From Oscillospiraceae bacterium (GTDB lineage: Bacteria; Bacillota; Clostridia; Oscillospirales; Ruminococcaceae), in assembly GCA_050950205.1 (NCBI GenBank), contig JBMNHF010000004.1:19045-83044 (forward strand): 64,000 bases of DNA, given 5' to 3'. A model generated the notes under the pieces. It was given only the letters and a program-made list of their open reading frames with translations, made no database searches and had not been told where the DNA came from. A program made the translations under genes and the position numbers. This document shows, one piece after another, positions 1 through 9,928 of this stretch (positions are counted from its first letter, which is position 1; each line of letters opens with the position of its first letter).

Positions 1-2
1 GG

Positions 3-728
3 ATGCTTATGCCGAAGATTAACGAAATCGGAGCGCTGGCGGCTGCCGACGCCACGGCGCGCCTGCGCAGCAGCCTGAAAAACGCGGCTCTTGACGATGC
101 CTGCCTGCAGCTGATTGATGAAGCGGCCGCCAAGGCTGTGGAACATGTCGTGGAGAACATGCTTCTCTGCCTACAAAAAAACGGCGGCCACGCGCTGCTT
201 GCCGGCGTTTTGCCGGAGGCAAAAGCATCCATCGAAAACGGGCTGTCTGATAATAACAGGCCGCTTCCGCTTAGGTTCCCGCTGTTTGTGGACCTAACCG
301 CCCGCCGCGTCGCGGTCATTGGAGCTGGTCCCGTTGCGCTGCGCCGTATCTTGGCCCTTTGCTCTTACCCATGCACCATCCGTGTTATAGCCCCCGACGC
401 ACTGCCTGAGATCGAGCAGCTTCATGCGGAAGGTAAAATTACTTATGTAAAAAAAGCATATGATTCTTCCGATCTGGACGGTGCTTATCTTGTGATCGCC
501 GCCACCAACGACCGTGCGCTGAACAGTCGGATAGCGCTTGATGCCCGAATGAACGGCCAGTATTGCAGCGTTGGCGATTGCAAAGAGGAATGCTCTTTTT
601 ATTTCCCTGCCACGGTTCATTATGACGGCGGTGTCATCGGCATCTGCGGTACCGGTGAAAATCATAAAAAAACAAGGAAGATCGCCGCTGAAATACGGGA
701 GTTCATCTCATCTAAGGAGCAGGTATGA
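3..728 (+). CDS. Precorrin-2 dehydrogenase (SirC/CysG-N-like) domain with an N-terminal helical extension; probably the 3' end of a HemA-SirC fusion cut by the window edge
   Basis: FPLFVDL...VAVIGAGPVALRR Rossmann motif and LVIAATND, typical of SirC/Met8. About 85 aa of helical sequence precede it; it lies directly upstream of hemC. Confidence 0.7.
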   Translation: MLMPKINEIGALAAADATARLRSSLKNAALDDACLQLIDEAAAKAVEHVVENMLLCLQKNGGHALLAGVLPEAKASIENGLSDNNRPLPLRFPLFVDLTARRVAVIGAGPVALRRILALCSYPCTIRVIAPDALPEIEQLHAEGKITYVKKAYDSSDLDGAYLVIAATNDRALNSRIALDARMNGQYCSVGDCKEECSFYFPATVHYDGGVIGICGTGENHKKTRKIAAEIREFISSKEQV

Positions 729-1630
729 AACGATTAATACGGGTCGGCAGCCGCGAATCCAAGCTTGCAGTTACCCAGACCCAAAGCATCATTAACATCA
801 TCAAGACCCATCACCCGGAGCTGGAGTTTGAGATTGTCACCATGAAGACAAGCGGAGATATGATTCTTGACAGGAATCTCGACGAGGTTGGAGGCAAGGG
901 GCTGTTTGTCAAGGAGCTGGATATCGGTCTGCGCAGCGGTCAAATTGATTTCGCTGTCCACAGCCTGAAGGATATGCCCATGCTCACCCCCGAGGACCTT
1001 CCGGTCGTCAGCCTGTCTGTGAGAGAAAATCCGTATGACGCCTTGGTGCTGCCCCGAAAAGCCGGTGAGGTGGACCTTACAAAGCCCTTCGGCTGCTCCA
1101 GTGCCAGGCGGAAGTTGCAGCTTGAAAGACTGTATCCCGGCATCGCAGTCAAGGGTATCCGCGGTAATGTGCAGCTCCGGCTGCAAAAGGTGGACAGCGG
1201 CGATTATGCGGCCACCATCTTGGCCTGCGCGGGACTCAATCGGATGGGACTGCAGCACCGCATATCCAAGGTCTTTACAGAGAAGGACATGATTCCCGCC
1301 GCCGGCCAGGGCATTCTGGCCATCCAGGCCCGGGCGGGAGAAGACCATACATATCTCCGCTGCGTCAATGACCCGGCGTCGCAGATTGCCTTTAACGCCG
1401 AGCGGGCCTTTGTCCGGCGGCTGGACGGCGGCTGTTCGTCCCCGATTGCGGCCTATGCGAAAATCAGCGGCGGTCAGGTGATTCTGCACGGCCTCCATTA
1501 TGACGAGGAGACCGGCCGACATGCCGTCGGTGTGATGGAAATGCCCGTAGCTGAAGCGGAGAAGCTCGGTATTACATTGGCCGAGCAGCTGCTGGCCAAA
1601 CTGAGCAGTGCGAAAGGAGCCGTTATATGA
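725..1630 (+). CDS. hemC: Hydroxymethylbilane synthase
   Basis: RVGSRESKLA, GKGLFVKE, VHSLKD, LDGGCSSP motifs. Confidence 0.97.
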   Translation: MKRLIRVGSRESKLAVTQTQSIINIIKTHHPELEFEIVTMKTSGDMILDRNLDEVGGKGLFVKELDIGLRSGQIDFAVHSLKDMPMLTPEDLPVVSLSVRENPYDALVLPRKAGEVDLTKPFGCSSARRKLQLERLYPGIAVKGIRGNVQLRLQKVDSGDYAATILACAGLNRMGLQHRISKVFTEKDMIPAAGQGILAIQARAGEDHTYLRCVNDPASQIAFNAERAFVRRLDGGCSSPIAAYAKISGGQVILHGLHYDEETGRHAVGVMEMPVAEAEKLGITLAEQLLAKLSSAKGAVI

Positions 1631-3144
1631 AAACAGGAAAGGTATGGCTCGTGGGCGCCGGACCGGGAGATGCGGAGCTTTTGACGCTGAAAGCAACGAG
1701 ACTTCTGGCGGAAGCCGACGTCGTTTTGTACGACAGCCTGGTGGGCGGCGGCATCCTGACGCTCATCCCCGCCGGCACCAGACGGATTGATGTGGGAAAG
1801 CGCGCCGGCCACGCCATGATGGCGCAGGAGGACATCAACAGGACGCTGCTGGAGGAGGCCCTTGCCGGCAATAAGGTCGTCCGGCTTAAAGGGGGCGATC
1901 CCTTTTTATTCGGCAGGGGAGGCGAGGAACTGGAGCTCCTTGTTGAAAACAACATCCCTTATGAGGTTGTGCCGGGCGTCTCCTCGGCTATTGCCGTGCC
2001 GGCATACGCCGGCATCCCCGTCACCCATCGGGATTTTTGCTCCTCAGTCCATATAATAACCGGCCACCTGAAGGACGGCGACAAGCCTCGTATCGATTTT
2101 GAAGCCCTGGTCCGGATGAACGGCACTCTGATCTTTCTGATGGGTGTGGGCGCGCTGGAATATATTTGCGAAAGCCTCATTGGCGCAGGGATGCGCCCCG
2201 ACATGCCCGCAGCTGTCCTGGAAAAGGGGACGACCGCCGATCAGCGGCGCGTCGTGGCAACGCTCAAAACACTTCCGCTTCAGGCCAAACAACACAAGAT
2301 CGCCACACCCGCAATTATTATCGTCGGAGAGGTGGCAGGCCTTGCCGGGAAGTTCCACTGGGCGGAGGACCGGCCCCTGGGCGGCACCCGCGTTATTGTC
2401 ACGCGGCCGCAGGAACTGGTATCGAAGCTGTCAGAAAAACTGCGGCGGCTGGGCGCGGAGGTCCTCGAGCTGCCTGCCATTAAAACAGTAGAAATTGAGG
2501 ACAATACAGAAATCCTGGCTGCGCTCGAGCGTTTGAGGGAATACGGCTGGATTGTCTTCACAAGCCAGGTTGGCGTAGACATTTTCTTCAACCTGCTCCT
2601 GCGTACAGGCGTCGATATCCGCACACTGGCCGGCATTCGGTTCGCCGCCATCGGTACGGCCACGGCGGAAGCCATCAGGGCCCGCTGCATATCGGTGGAT
2701 TGCATACCGGAAAAATACGATGCAGCGTCGCTGGGAAAGGCTCTGGCTGCAGCAGTTGCGCCGGTTGAAAGGCTCTTAATACCCCGCGCGCGCATCGGCT
2801 CGCCGGAGCTGACGGCAATACTGGATCAACAGGGCATCCTGTATGACGATATACCTGTCTACGATACTGTGACCCAAAGCGGCCGCTTATTCCCGCTCTC
2901 CGATGTTCTTAAGATGGAAAAGCCGCCCTATGTGGCGTTTACCAGCGCATCCACCGTCCGCGGTTTTGCCGCTATGGCAGACGGCGCAGATTTGTCAAAG
3001 CTCAATGCCGTCTGCATCGGAGAACAGACAGCGCAGGAGGCTTTGAAATATGGCATGAGCCCGGTGACCTCAGATGAAATCACCATCGACAGTCTCGTTG
3101 CCAAAATTATCGAAATCCACAATGCTCTAAAAATGGGGGGCTAG
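1627..3144 (+). CDS. cobA: Uroporphyrinogen-III C-methyltransferase / uroporphyrinogen-III synthase fusion (CobA-HemD)
   Basis: VGAGPGD, RLKGGDPFLFGRGGEE in the N-half; VIVTRP, IVFTSQVGV, FTSASTV (HemD) in the C-half. Confidence 0.95.
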   Translation: MKTGKVWLVGAGPGDAELLTLKATRLLAEADVVLYDSLVGGGILTLIPAGTRRIDVGKRAGHAMMAQEDINRTLLEEALAGNKVVRLKGGDPFLFGRGGEELELLVENNIPYEVVPGVSSAIAVPAYAGIPVTHRDFCSSVHIITGHLKDGDKPRIDFEALVRMNGTLIFLMGVGALEYICESLIGAGMRPDMPAAVLEKGTTADQRRVVATLKTLPLQAKQHKIATPAIIIVGEVAGLAGKFHWAEDRPLGGTRVIVTRPQELVSKLSEKLRRLGAEVLELPAIKTVEIEDNTEILAALERLREYGWIVFTSQVGVDIFFNLLLRTGVDIRTLAGIRFAAIGTATAEAIRARCISVDCIPEKYDAASLGKALAAAVAPVERLLIPRARIGSPELTAILDQQGILYDDIPVYDTVTQSGRLFPLSDVLKMEKPPYVAFTSASTVRGFAAMADGADLSKLNAVCIGEQTAQEALKYGMSPVTSDEITIDSLVAKIIEIHNALKMGG

Positions 3145-3145
3145 C

Positions 3146-4129
3146 ATGGAAATGACAAATAGGCCGCGGCGGCTTCGAAGCAGCATGACACTGCGGGATA
3201 TGGTCCGGGAGACGCGCATCTCGAAAACTTCTCTCGTTTATCCTCTGTTCGTCAAAGAAGGGTCCGGCATTACGGAGGAAATTGCATCCATGCCGGGTCA
3301 GTTCAGGTACAGCATTGACCGGCTGCCGCTGATTGTGGACGAGCTTCTGAAAGACGGTGTCAACAAGGTGATGCTCTTCGGCATCCCTGACAAGAAGGAT
3401 GAGGCCGCAAGCGGTTCTTATGCTGAAGACGGCATTGTCCAGAAGGCCTTGTGGAGGCTAAAAAAGGATTACCCCGAGCTTTACTGCATTACCGATGTCT
3501 GCCTGTGCGAATATACCTCACATGGTCATTGCGGCGTACTGAACGGGCATACCGTCGATAACGACAAGACGCTGCCGTTGCTGGCAAAGACGGCTCTGTC
3601 ACATGTGCAGGCTGGGGCGGACATGGTGGCGCCCTCGGACATGATGGACGGCCGCGTAGGTGAAATCAGGCGGCTGCTGGATCAGAACGGGCAGACCGAT
3701 ATCCCAATCATGAGTTATGCCGTCAAGTACTGTTCTTCTTTCTACGGCCCCTTCAGAGAAGCTGCCGGTTCGGCTCCCGCCTTCGGAGACCGGCGATCCT
3801 ATCAGATGGATTATCACAATAAAAAAGAAGCCCTCAAGGAAGCGTTGTCAGACCTTGATGAGGGCGCTGACATCCTGATGGTCAAGCCGGCACTTTCTTA
3901 TTTGGATATCATTCAAGCCGTATCATCGTCGGTGAATGTCCCGGTGGCGGCTTACAGCGTCAGCGGAGAGTATGCCATGATTAAATCGGCGGCGGCCGCC
4001 GGATACATTGACGAAGCGGCAGTTATTTGCGAAGCAGCAGCCTCGGTCTTCCGTGCCGGAGCCGATATCCTCATTACTTATTTCGCGCCGGTCATTGCAA
4101 GGTATATCGATGAAGGGAGAATCGGCTGA
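3146..4129 (+). CDS. hemB: Porphobilinogen synthase (Zn-type)
   Basis: RPRRLR, DVCLCEYTSHGHCG, APSDMMDGR, LMVKP. Confidence 0.97.
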   Translation: MEMTNRPRRLRSSMTLRDMVRETRISKTSLVYPLFVKEGSGITEEIASMPGQFRYSIDRLPLIVDELLKDGVNKVMLFGIPDKKDEAASGSYAEDGIVQKALWRLKKDYPELYCITDVCLCEYTSHGHCGVLNGHTVDNDKTLPLLAKTALSHVQAGADMVAPSDMMDGRVGEIRRLLDQNGQTDIPIMSYAVKYCSSFYGPFREAAGSAPAFGDRRSYQMDYHNKKEALKEALSDLDEGADILMVKPALSYLDIIQAVSSSVNVPVAAYSVSGEYAMIKSAAAAGYIDEAAVICEAAASVFRAGADILITYFAPVIARYIDEGRIG

Positions 4130-5415
4130 TGAGCCTCTCGGAAGCGTTGTTCAAAAAAGCAAAACGGGTTATGCCCGGCGGTGTCAACAGTCCGGTTCGG
4201 GCCTTCTCTTCCGTCGGCTCGTCACCCAGATTTATAAAAAGCGCCAACGGCGCGGTCATTACTGACGCTGACGGCAGCAGCTATATCGACTATGTGGGTT
4301 CCTGGGGGCCGATGATTTTAGGCCATAATCACCCCGTCATCCGGGAGGCCGTAATCAAGGCGGCGGAAAAAGGGCTGAGCTTTGGCGCGGCTACGGAGGG
4401 CGAGGTCACCATGGCTGAGCTGATCTGCACGCTCTTTCCCTCCGTCGACATGGTGCGTATGGTCAACTCAGGAACAGAGGCCGTAATGACTGCCATCCGT
4501 GTCGCCCGGGGGGCGACTGGACGGGACAAGATCATTAAGTTTGAAGGCTGTTATCACGGTCACTGCGATGCCATGCTAGTCTCCGCCGGCTCCGGACTCA
4601 TGACCGCCGGCGAGTCCGCCAGCGCCGGCGTCACCGAGGGTACGGCAAAGGACACCTTAACGGCGCCATACAACGACCTGGAAACGACTGCACGGATGTT
4701 CGAGGTGAATAGAGGCCGGATTGCCGCGGTCATCGTTGAGCCGGTGGCAGCCAATATGGGGGTTGTGCTGCCGGAGCGGGGCTTTCTTGAAGGCCTTCGG
4801 GCACTGTGCGATGCCCACGGGGCGTTGCTCATATTTGACGAGGTAATCACCGGTTTTCGCCTTGGGCTCGGCGGCGCTCAGGAGCGATTCGGCGTCCGGC
4901 CCGATCTGACTACCTTCGGGAAGATCATCGGGGGCGGTCTGCCGGTGGGCGCTTACGGCGGCAGACGGGAGCTAATGGAGCAGGTGGCGCCGTTGGGCAA
5001 AGTGTATCAGGCCGGGACCCTCAGCGGCAACCCCATCGCCATGGCCGCCGGCATCGCCCAGCTGACGTATCTGAAAGAGCATCCCGAAGTTTATGCACAT
5101 TTGGATATGCTGGCCGAAAAGCTTTTCAGCGGAATGAAGAAGATGATTGCCGATCTCAAACTCCCCTGTACTTTAAATAATATTGGCTCCCTGGGCTGCT
5201 TGTTTTTTACCGAAGGCCCAATCAGAAATTATCAGGAAGCCCGGGGTTCGGATACGGCGGCTTACGCCCGGTATTTCACGCACATGCTTTCTCGGGGCAT
5301 CTATATCGCGCCGGCTCAGTTTGAGGCGATGTTCATATCAGATTCCCACTCGATTGAACATATTGAGGCAACGCTTTACGCTGCCAGGGACTATTTTGAG
5401 ACGAAAAAGGAGTAG
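4129..5415 (+). CDS. hemL: Glutamate-1-semialdehyde 2,1-aminomutase
   Basis: MPGGVNSPVRAF, KFEGCYHGH, FDEVITGFR, TFGKIIGGG. Confidence 0.97.
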   Translation: MSLSEALFKKAKRVMPGGVNSPVRAFSSVGSSPRFIKSANGAVITDADGSSYIDYVGSWGPMILGHNHPVIREAVIKAAEKGLSFGAATEGEVTMAELICTLFPSVDMVRMVNSGTEAVMTAIRVARGATGRDKIIKFEGCYHGHCDAMLVSAGSGLMTAGESASAGVTEGTAKDTLTAPYNDLETTARMFEVNRGRIAAVIVEPVAANMGVVLPERGFLEGLRALCDAHGALLIFDEVITGFRLGLGGAQERFGVRPDLTTFGKIIGGGLPVGAYGGRRELMEQVAPLGKVYQAGTLSGNPIAMAAGIAQLTYLKEHPEVYAHLDMLAEKLFSGMKKMIADLKLPCTLNNIGSLGCLFFTEGPIRNYQEARGSDTAAYARYFTHMLSRGIYIAPAQFEAMFISDSHSIEHIEATLYAARDYFETKKE

Positions 5416-5420
5416 ATAAC

Positions 5421-5795
5421 ATGACAGGCATTTTACTATTAGCCCACGGCAGCCGCGAGGGTGATACGGAAGTGACTATGCACCAGGTCACAGCTTACGT
5501 TAAGGATATACTCCAAAATGACATGGTGGAGGAAGCTTATCTGCAGTTCCGGGAGCAAAACTTGGAAAACGGCCTGCTGCGTCTCATTGAACGCGGCGCC
5601 GGCGAGATCATTGTGATTCCTTACTTCCTGTTTGAGGGCGTTCACATCAAAGAAGACATCCCCGCCGAGCTTAAAGAGTTTTGCTCACATCATCCTGACA
5701 TTAAAATAACCATGGGTAAAACACTGGGGGCTGATCGGCGGCTTGCGGATATCGTCGCGGACAGAGTACGAGAATTATTGCAGCTTCCAGAGTAA
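5421..5795 (+). CDS. cbiX: Short sirohydrochlorin cobaltochelatase (CbiX-S type)
   Basis: LLAHGSR, PYFLFEGVHIKEDIP; 124 aa single domain. Confidence 0.88.
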   Translation: MTGILLLAHGSREGDTEVTMHQVTAYVKDILQNDMVEEAYLQFREQNLENGLLRLIERGAGEIIVIPYFLFEGVHIKEDIPAELKEFCSHHPDIKITMGKTLGADRRLADIVADRVRELLQLPE

Positions 5796-5836
5796 TCCCA
5801 GGGCGTTTCATCACGGGGCGCCCTTCATTCCATAGA

Positions 5837-6041
5837 CCCGCGGCGTACCTGAATATTCGCCACAAGACCGAACTTTTGGACATTCTCGGGGAGACGGCGC
5901 AAAAAAACAAGAGTTCTCCGGCAATGTGAAATGGTGATTGGCGCGGGAACGCCTGCATGAGCATTTAACGAAGCGAACATGAGACTTCTGAAGCTGGCGG
6001 AGGTGAGCAAAATCCCCGTCTGTCGCGGCGGGATACCGTAA
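5837..6041 (+). pseudogene. Degraded 3' fragment of a FecE/BtuD-type ABC transporter ATPase
   Basis: One frame reads PAAYLNIRHKTELLDIL (like post-Walker-B EPTAYLDIRHKLELL). A second frame reads IGAGTPA*AFNEANMRLL (like GTPEEVFxEENI). No start codon; one frameshift and one internal stop. Confidence 0.5.
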
Positions 6042-6057
6042 GGGGGAAGAAACGGCC

Positions 6058-7443
6058 ATGGAATACACCATCCCGCGCGTTGTATTCGCCGGTACAAACA
6101 GCGGATGCGGCAAAACGACCGTCACCTGTTCCGTTTTGCAGGCGCTTGTAAATCGGAAGATGAAAGTCGGCGCATTCAAATGTGGACCGGATTACATTGA
6201 CCCTATGTTCCACAGCAGAGTGATTGGCGCCAAAAGCTCCAATTTGGATCTGTTCCTCTTTCAGGAAAACACACTCAAATATCTGCTTTCTAAAAACGGG
6301 GCGGGCTGCGAGGTCAATATCATTGAAGGCGTGATGGGCTTTTATGACGGCATGGGGATGACCACCGAGCGCGGTAGCACCTACGATGTGGCGCGGGTGA
6401 CGCAAAGCCCCGTCGTCCTAATCGTGGGAACGCAGGGTGCGGCACTGTCCGTGCTGGCGCAGATTCACGGATTTCTGACTTTCTGCCCGGACAGCGGGAT
6501 TTGCGGCGTGATTCTCAACGGATGTTCTGCTATGACGTATCAGCTTCTGGCGGAGGAAATCACAAAACGCTTTGGCGGGTGCGTTCGCCCCATGGGGTAT
6601 CTGCCGGTGCTGCCGGAAGCTTCCCTTGAAGGCCGGCATCTCGGGCTCGTTACGGCGGCGGAAGTCGAAAACCTGCGGGAGAAGCTGCGCATCTTAGCAG
6701 AGCAGGCTGAAGGGACGATTGACATAGATGGGCTCATAGCTCTGGCAAAGAGCGCTCCACCCATTGTTTGCGAGCCGGTCGCGCTGCCGCGGTTTACCGA
6801 CCCGGTGCGCATCGCGGTAGCGCGGGACAAGGCTTTTTGCTTTTACTATGAAGACAGCCTGGAGGCCCTCACAGAGATGGGCGCCGAGCTTGTGCCCTTT
6901 AGCCCGCTGCATGACGCCGCCCTTCCCCCCGATATCCATGGCCTGTATATCGGGGGAGGGTACCCTGAGCTGTATGCTGAGGCGCTGAGTAAAAATGCAG
7001 CCATGCGCGCATCCGTCAAAAGTGCGCTGGAGCAGAGGATTCCCTGCATAGCCGAGTGCGGCGGATTTATGTATCTCACGGAGTCCATTGGCGATGCTCC
7101 TATGGTCGGTTTTTTGCCGGGGCGGAGCTTTGACACGGCAAAACTTGTGCGCTTCGGCTACGTTTATCTCAAAGCGAAGGAGGATACGATGCTCTGCCGG
7201 GTCGGGGAAGGAATACGGGGGCATGAGTTTCACTACTGGGACAGCGAGCACCTCGGCAGCTCCTTCGCCGCATCGAAACCGTCCGGAGCAAGCTGGGACT
7301 GCGTGTTTGGTTCAGAGCAGCTTTACGCCGGATATCCGCATTTCCACTTTTATTCAAATCCTGCTTTTGCCGTAAAATTTTATGAAACCTGTTTAAGGGA
7401 GAAACATCGCCATGATTCACAACACCAAGCCCATGGACATTGA
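6058..7443 (+). CDS. cbiA: Cobyrinate a,c-diamide synthase
   Basis: GTNSGCGKTT, FKCGPDYIDP, EGVMGFYDG, GGGYPEL, ECGG, GHEFHY. Confidence 0.95.
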   Translation: MEYTIPRVVFAGTNSGCGKTTVTCSVLQALVNRKMKVGAFKCGPDYIDPMFHSRVIGAKSSNLDLFLFQENTLKYLLSKNGAGCEVNIIEGVMGFYDGMGMTTERGSTYDVARVTQSPVVLIVGTQGAALSVLAQIHGFLTFCPDSGICGVILNGCSAMTYQLLAEEITKRFGGCVRPMGYLPVLPEASLEGRHLGLVTAAEVENLREKLRILAEQAEGTIDIDGLIALAKSAPPIVCEPVALPRFTDPVRIAVARDKAFCFYYEDSLEALTEMGAELVPFSPLHDAALPPDIHGLYIGGGYPELYAEALSKNAAMRASVKSALEQRIPCIAECGGFMYLTESIGDAPMVGFLPGRSFDTAKLVRFGYVYLKAKEDTMLCRVGEGIRGHEFHYWDSEHLGSSFAASKPSGASWDCVFGSEQLYAGYPHFHFYSNPAFAVKFYETCLREKHRHDSQHQAHGH

Positions 7444-8035
7444 AAAGCTCAGCTTTGAAATCATCACGGATTTACTCAGCGATAAACGCCTTGATCCGGA
7501 AAATGAATCGGTTATCAAGCGCGTGATTCATACGACCGCCGATTTTGATTACGCAGACAGCCTCATTTTCTCTGAGCGCGCCGTGCAGAAAGGAATTGAA
7601 GCCTTAAGGAATGGCTGCGATATCGTGACCGATACGCAGATGGCAAGGGCCGGAATCAACAAAACGATTCTCGGAAAACTGGGCGGCACAGTCCATTGCT
7701 TTATGTCCGACAGTGATGTGGCCGAGGAAGCCGGGCAACGCGGCGTAACACGCGCCTTCGTCTCAATGGAGAGAGCGGCGCTTCTTGAAAAGCCCTGTAT
7801 TTTTGCCATCGGCAACGCGCCGACCGCGCTGGTCTCCTTGCGGGAGCTTATTGATGCGGGGCGGCTGTCTCCTGCGCTCATTATTGGCGTGCCGGTAGGT
7901 TTCGTCAATGTCGTGGAGAGTAAGGAGTTAATTATTGCATCCGATGTGCCCCATATCGTCGCCCGCGGCCGTAAGGGCGGGAGCAATGTGGCGGCGGCTA
8001 TCTGCAACGCACTTCTTTATCAAATCATGCGGTGA
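7412..8035 (+). CDS. cbiC: Cobalt-precorrin-8 methylmutase
   Basis: RVIHTTADF, AIGNAPTAL, GVPVGFVNV, GRKGGSNVAAA. Confidence 0.95.
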   Translation: MIHNTKPMDIEKLSFEIITDLLSDKRLDPENESVIKRVIHTTADFDYADSLIFSERAVQKGIEALRNGCDIVTDTQMARAGINKTILGKLGGTVHCFMSDSDVAEEAGQRGVTRAFVSMERAALLEKPCIFAIGNAPTALVSLRELIDAGRLSPALIIGVPVGFVNVVESKELIIASDVPHIVARGRKGGSNVAAAICNALLYQIMR

Positions 8036-9171
8036 CCCCGATGGAGGAGTACATAGAAAAGGACGGAAAGCGCCTGCGGCTCGGTTATACCACCGGCTCC
8101 TGTGCCGCGGCGGCGGCCAAGGCGGCAGCTTTCATGCTGTTGACCGGGTGGAAAAAAGAGCGCATCCGGCTTCGCACACCCAAGGGAATCGAGCTCGATT
8201 TAGTCGTCCATGCCATCGCCATGGGGGAGACATCCGTCTCCTGCGCCGTCGAAAAGGACGGCGGCGACGACCCCGATGTAACGAAAGGGGCCCTTATATT
8301 CGCTACGGTATCCCGCACCGATTCCCCCGGCATCTTCATTGACGGGGGAGCAGGCGTAGGACGTGTGACGAAAAAAGGATTGGATCAGCCCGTTGGAGCG
8401 GCGGCAATTAACTCCGTCCCGCGCCGGATGATTAGGGAAAATCTCGAGGAAGTGTGCCAGATGACGGACTACCGCGGCGGACTTTCGGTCGTCATATCGG
8501 TACCCGAGGGTGAGAGGCTTGCGAAAAAGACCTTTAACCCGCGACTTGGGATTGAGGGCGGTATCTCTATCTTGGGGACGACGGGAATCGTGGAACCCAT
8601 GAGCGAGCAGGCTCTGGTGGACACCATCTGCGTGGAGCTCAGGCAGCGCCGTGCCATCGGAGCGGAATACGTTCTCTTGGCACCGGGGAACTACGGCGCC
8701 GAGTATATTCGAAGTTCCATCGGTTTCGACCCCAAAAATGCGGTGCTGATCTCCAACTTCATCGGAGAATCGCTGGATATCTGCCGGGAGCTTGGATTTA
8801 AAGGCGCACTGCTGGTGGGGCACATCGGAAAACTCGTGAAAATCGCCGGAGGCATGATGAACACGCATTCAAAGTACGGCGATTGCCGCATGGAGATTCT
8901 CGCCGCCCATGCCTGCGCATCAGGGCTTTACGCCGATAAAACTGCGCAGCTTCTTCAGTGCGTTGCCTGCGACGATGCCATTGCCCTTCTCGACGAGGCG
9001 AGGATTCGTCAGCCGGTTCTTGCGCGGCTTACGTCCAGAATTGCGTTTATGTTAAATTATCGTACGTCCGGCGAGATGGAGACCGGAGCCATTGTGTTTT
9101 CACAAAAATACGGGCTTTTGAGCGAAACGGAGAATGCCCGAACACTTTTACGTCAAATAACGGAGGAATAA
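8032..9171 (+). CDS. cbiD: Cobalt-precorrin-5B C1-methyltransferase (start may be ATG 8041)
   Basis: GYTTGSCAAAA, KDGGDDPDVT, TFNPRLGIEGGISILGTTGIVEPMS. Confidence 0.96.
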   Translation: MTPMEEYIEKDGKRLRLGYTTGSCAAAAAKAAAFMLLTGWKKERIRLRTPKGIELDLVVHAIAMGETSVSCAVEKDGGDDPDVTKGALIFATVSRTDSPGIFIDGGAGVGRVTKKGLDQPVGAAAINSVPRRMIRENLEEVCQMTDYRGGLSVVISVPEGERLAKKTFNPRLGIEGGISILGTTGIVEPMSEQALVDTICVELRQRRAIGAEYVLLAPGNYGAEYIRSSIGFDPKNAVLISNFIGESLDICRELGFKGALLVGHIGKLVKIAGGMMNTHSKYGDCRMEILAAHACASGLYADKTAQLLQCVACDDAIALLDEARIRQPVLARLTSRIAFMLNYRTSGEMETGAIVFSQKYGLLSETENARTLLRQITEE

Positions 9172-9175
9172 TCTC

Positions 9176-9928
9176 ATGGTACATTTTGTCGGCGCGGGCA
9201 GCGGAGCGGTTGACCTGATTACGGTGAGGGGGGCGAAGCTCCTCGGGCAGGCGGATGTGGTCATCTATGCCGGCTCCCTCGTCAATCCCGAGCTGCTCTC
9301 CTACACGAAACCCGGCTGCGCCATCTGCAACAGCGCGGAAATGACGCTTGAGCAGGTCATGGATGTGATCACTGCGGCGGAAGCGGAAGGGAAAATCACG
9401 GTTCGTCTGCATACCGGCGATCCCAGCATTTTCGGCGCCGTGCGGGAGCAGTATGATGAACTGGCGAAACGCGGGATCTCCTACGACGTCTGTCCCGGTG
9501 TCAGTTCCTTTTTTGGAGCCGCCGCCTCTCTGAAAACAGAGTACACCTTGCCGGATGTGAGTCAAACGGTTATCATCACCCGCGCCGCAGGGAGGACCCC
9601 CGTTCCCGAGCGAGAATCCATTCGCGCACTTGCGGCCCATCAGTCCACTATGGTGCTGTTTCTCAGCACATCGCTCACTGAGGATGTGCAGGCCGACCTG
9701 CTTGCTGGCGGCTATTCCGGCAATACGCCGGTTGCAATTGTGTATAAGGCTACATTCCCGGAGGAGAAGATTTTCCGATGCACGCTCGAAACGCTTCATG
9801 AGACGGTGACGAAAAACGGCCTGACTAAAACATCGCTTATCATTGTTGGAAACTGCCTGGGCGATCAGTACCAGCGCTCCTTGCTGTACTACCCCGGCTT
9901 TTCAACGGAGTACCGTGAGGCGACTTAA
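9176..9928 (+). CDS. cbiF: Cobalt-precorrin-4 C11-methyltransferase
   Basis: VGAGSGAVDLIT, YAGSLVN, RLHTGDPSIFGA, SQTVIITR. Confidence 0.95.
   Translation: MVHFVGAGSGAVDLITVRGAKLLGQADVVIYAGSLVNPELLSYTKPGCAICNSAEMTLEQVMDVITAAEAEGKITVRLHTGDPSIFGAVREQYDELAKRGISYDVCPGVSSFFGAAASLKTEYTLPDVSQTVIITRAAGRTPVPERESIRALAAHQSTMVLFLSTSLTEDVQADLLAGGYSGNTPVAIVYKATFPEEKIFRCTLETLHETVTKNGLTKTSLIIVGNCLGDQYQRSLLYYPGFSTEYREAT

Noticed and set aside
5796-6057. Cobalamin riboswitch expected before cbiA
   Set aside because: No GGGAA / GCCACTG / AGCCAG-AGACC-type elements; the sequence is better explained as an ABC-ATPase remnant.
7400-7443. His-rich CbiA tail (KHRHDSQHQAHGH) as a cobalt-binding tag
   Set aside because: It overlaps the cbiC start by 32 nt and may be incidental to the overlap; no independent support.
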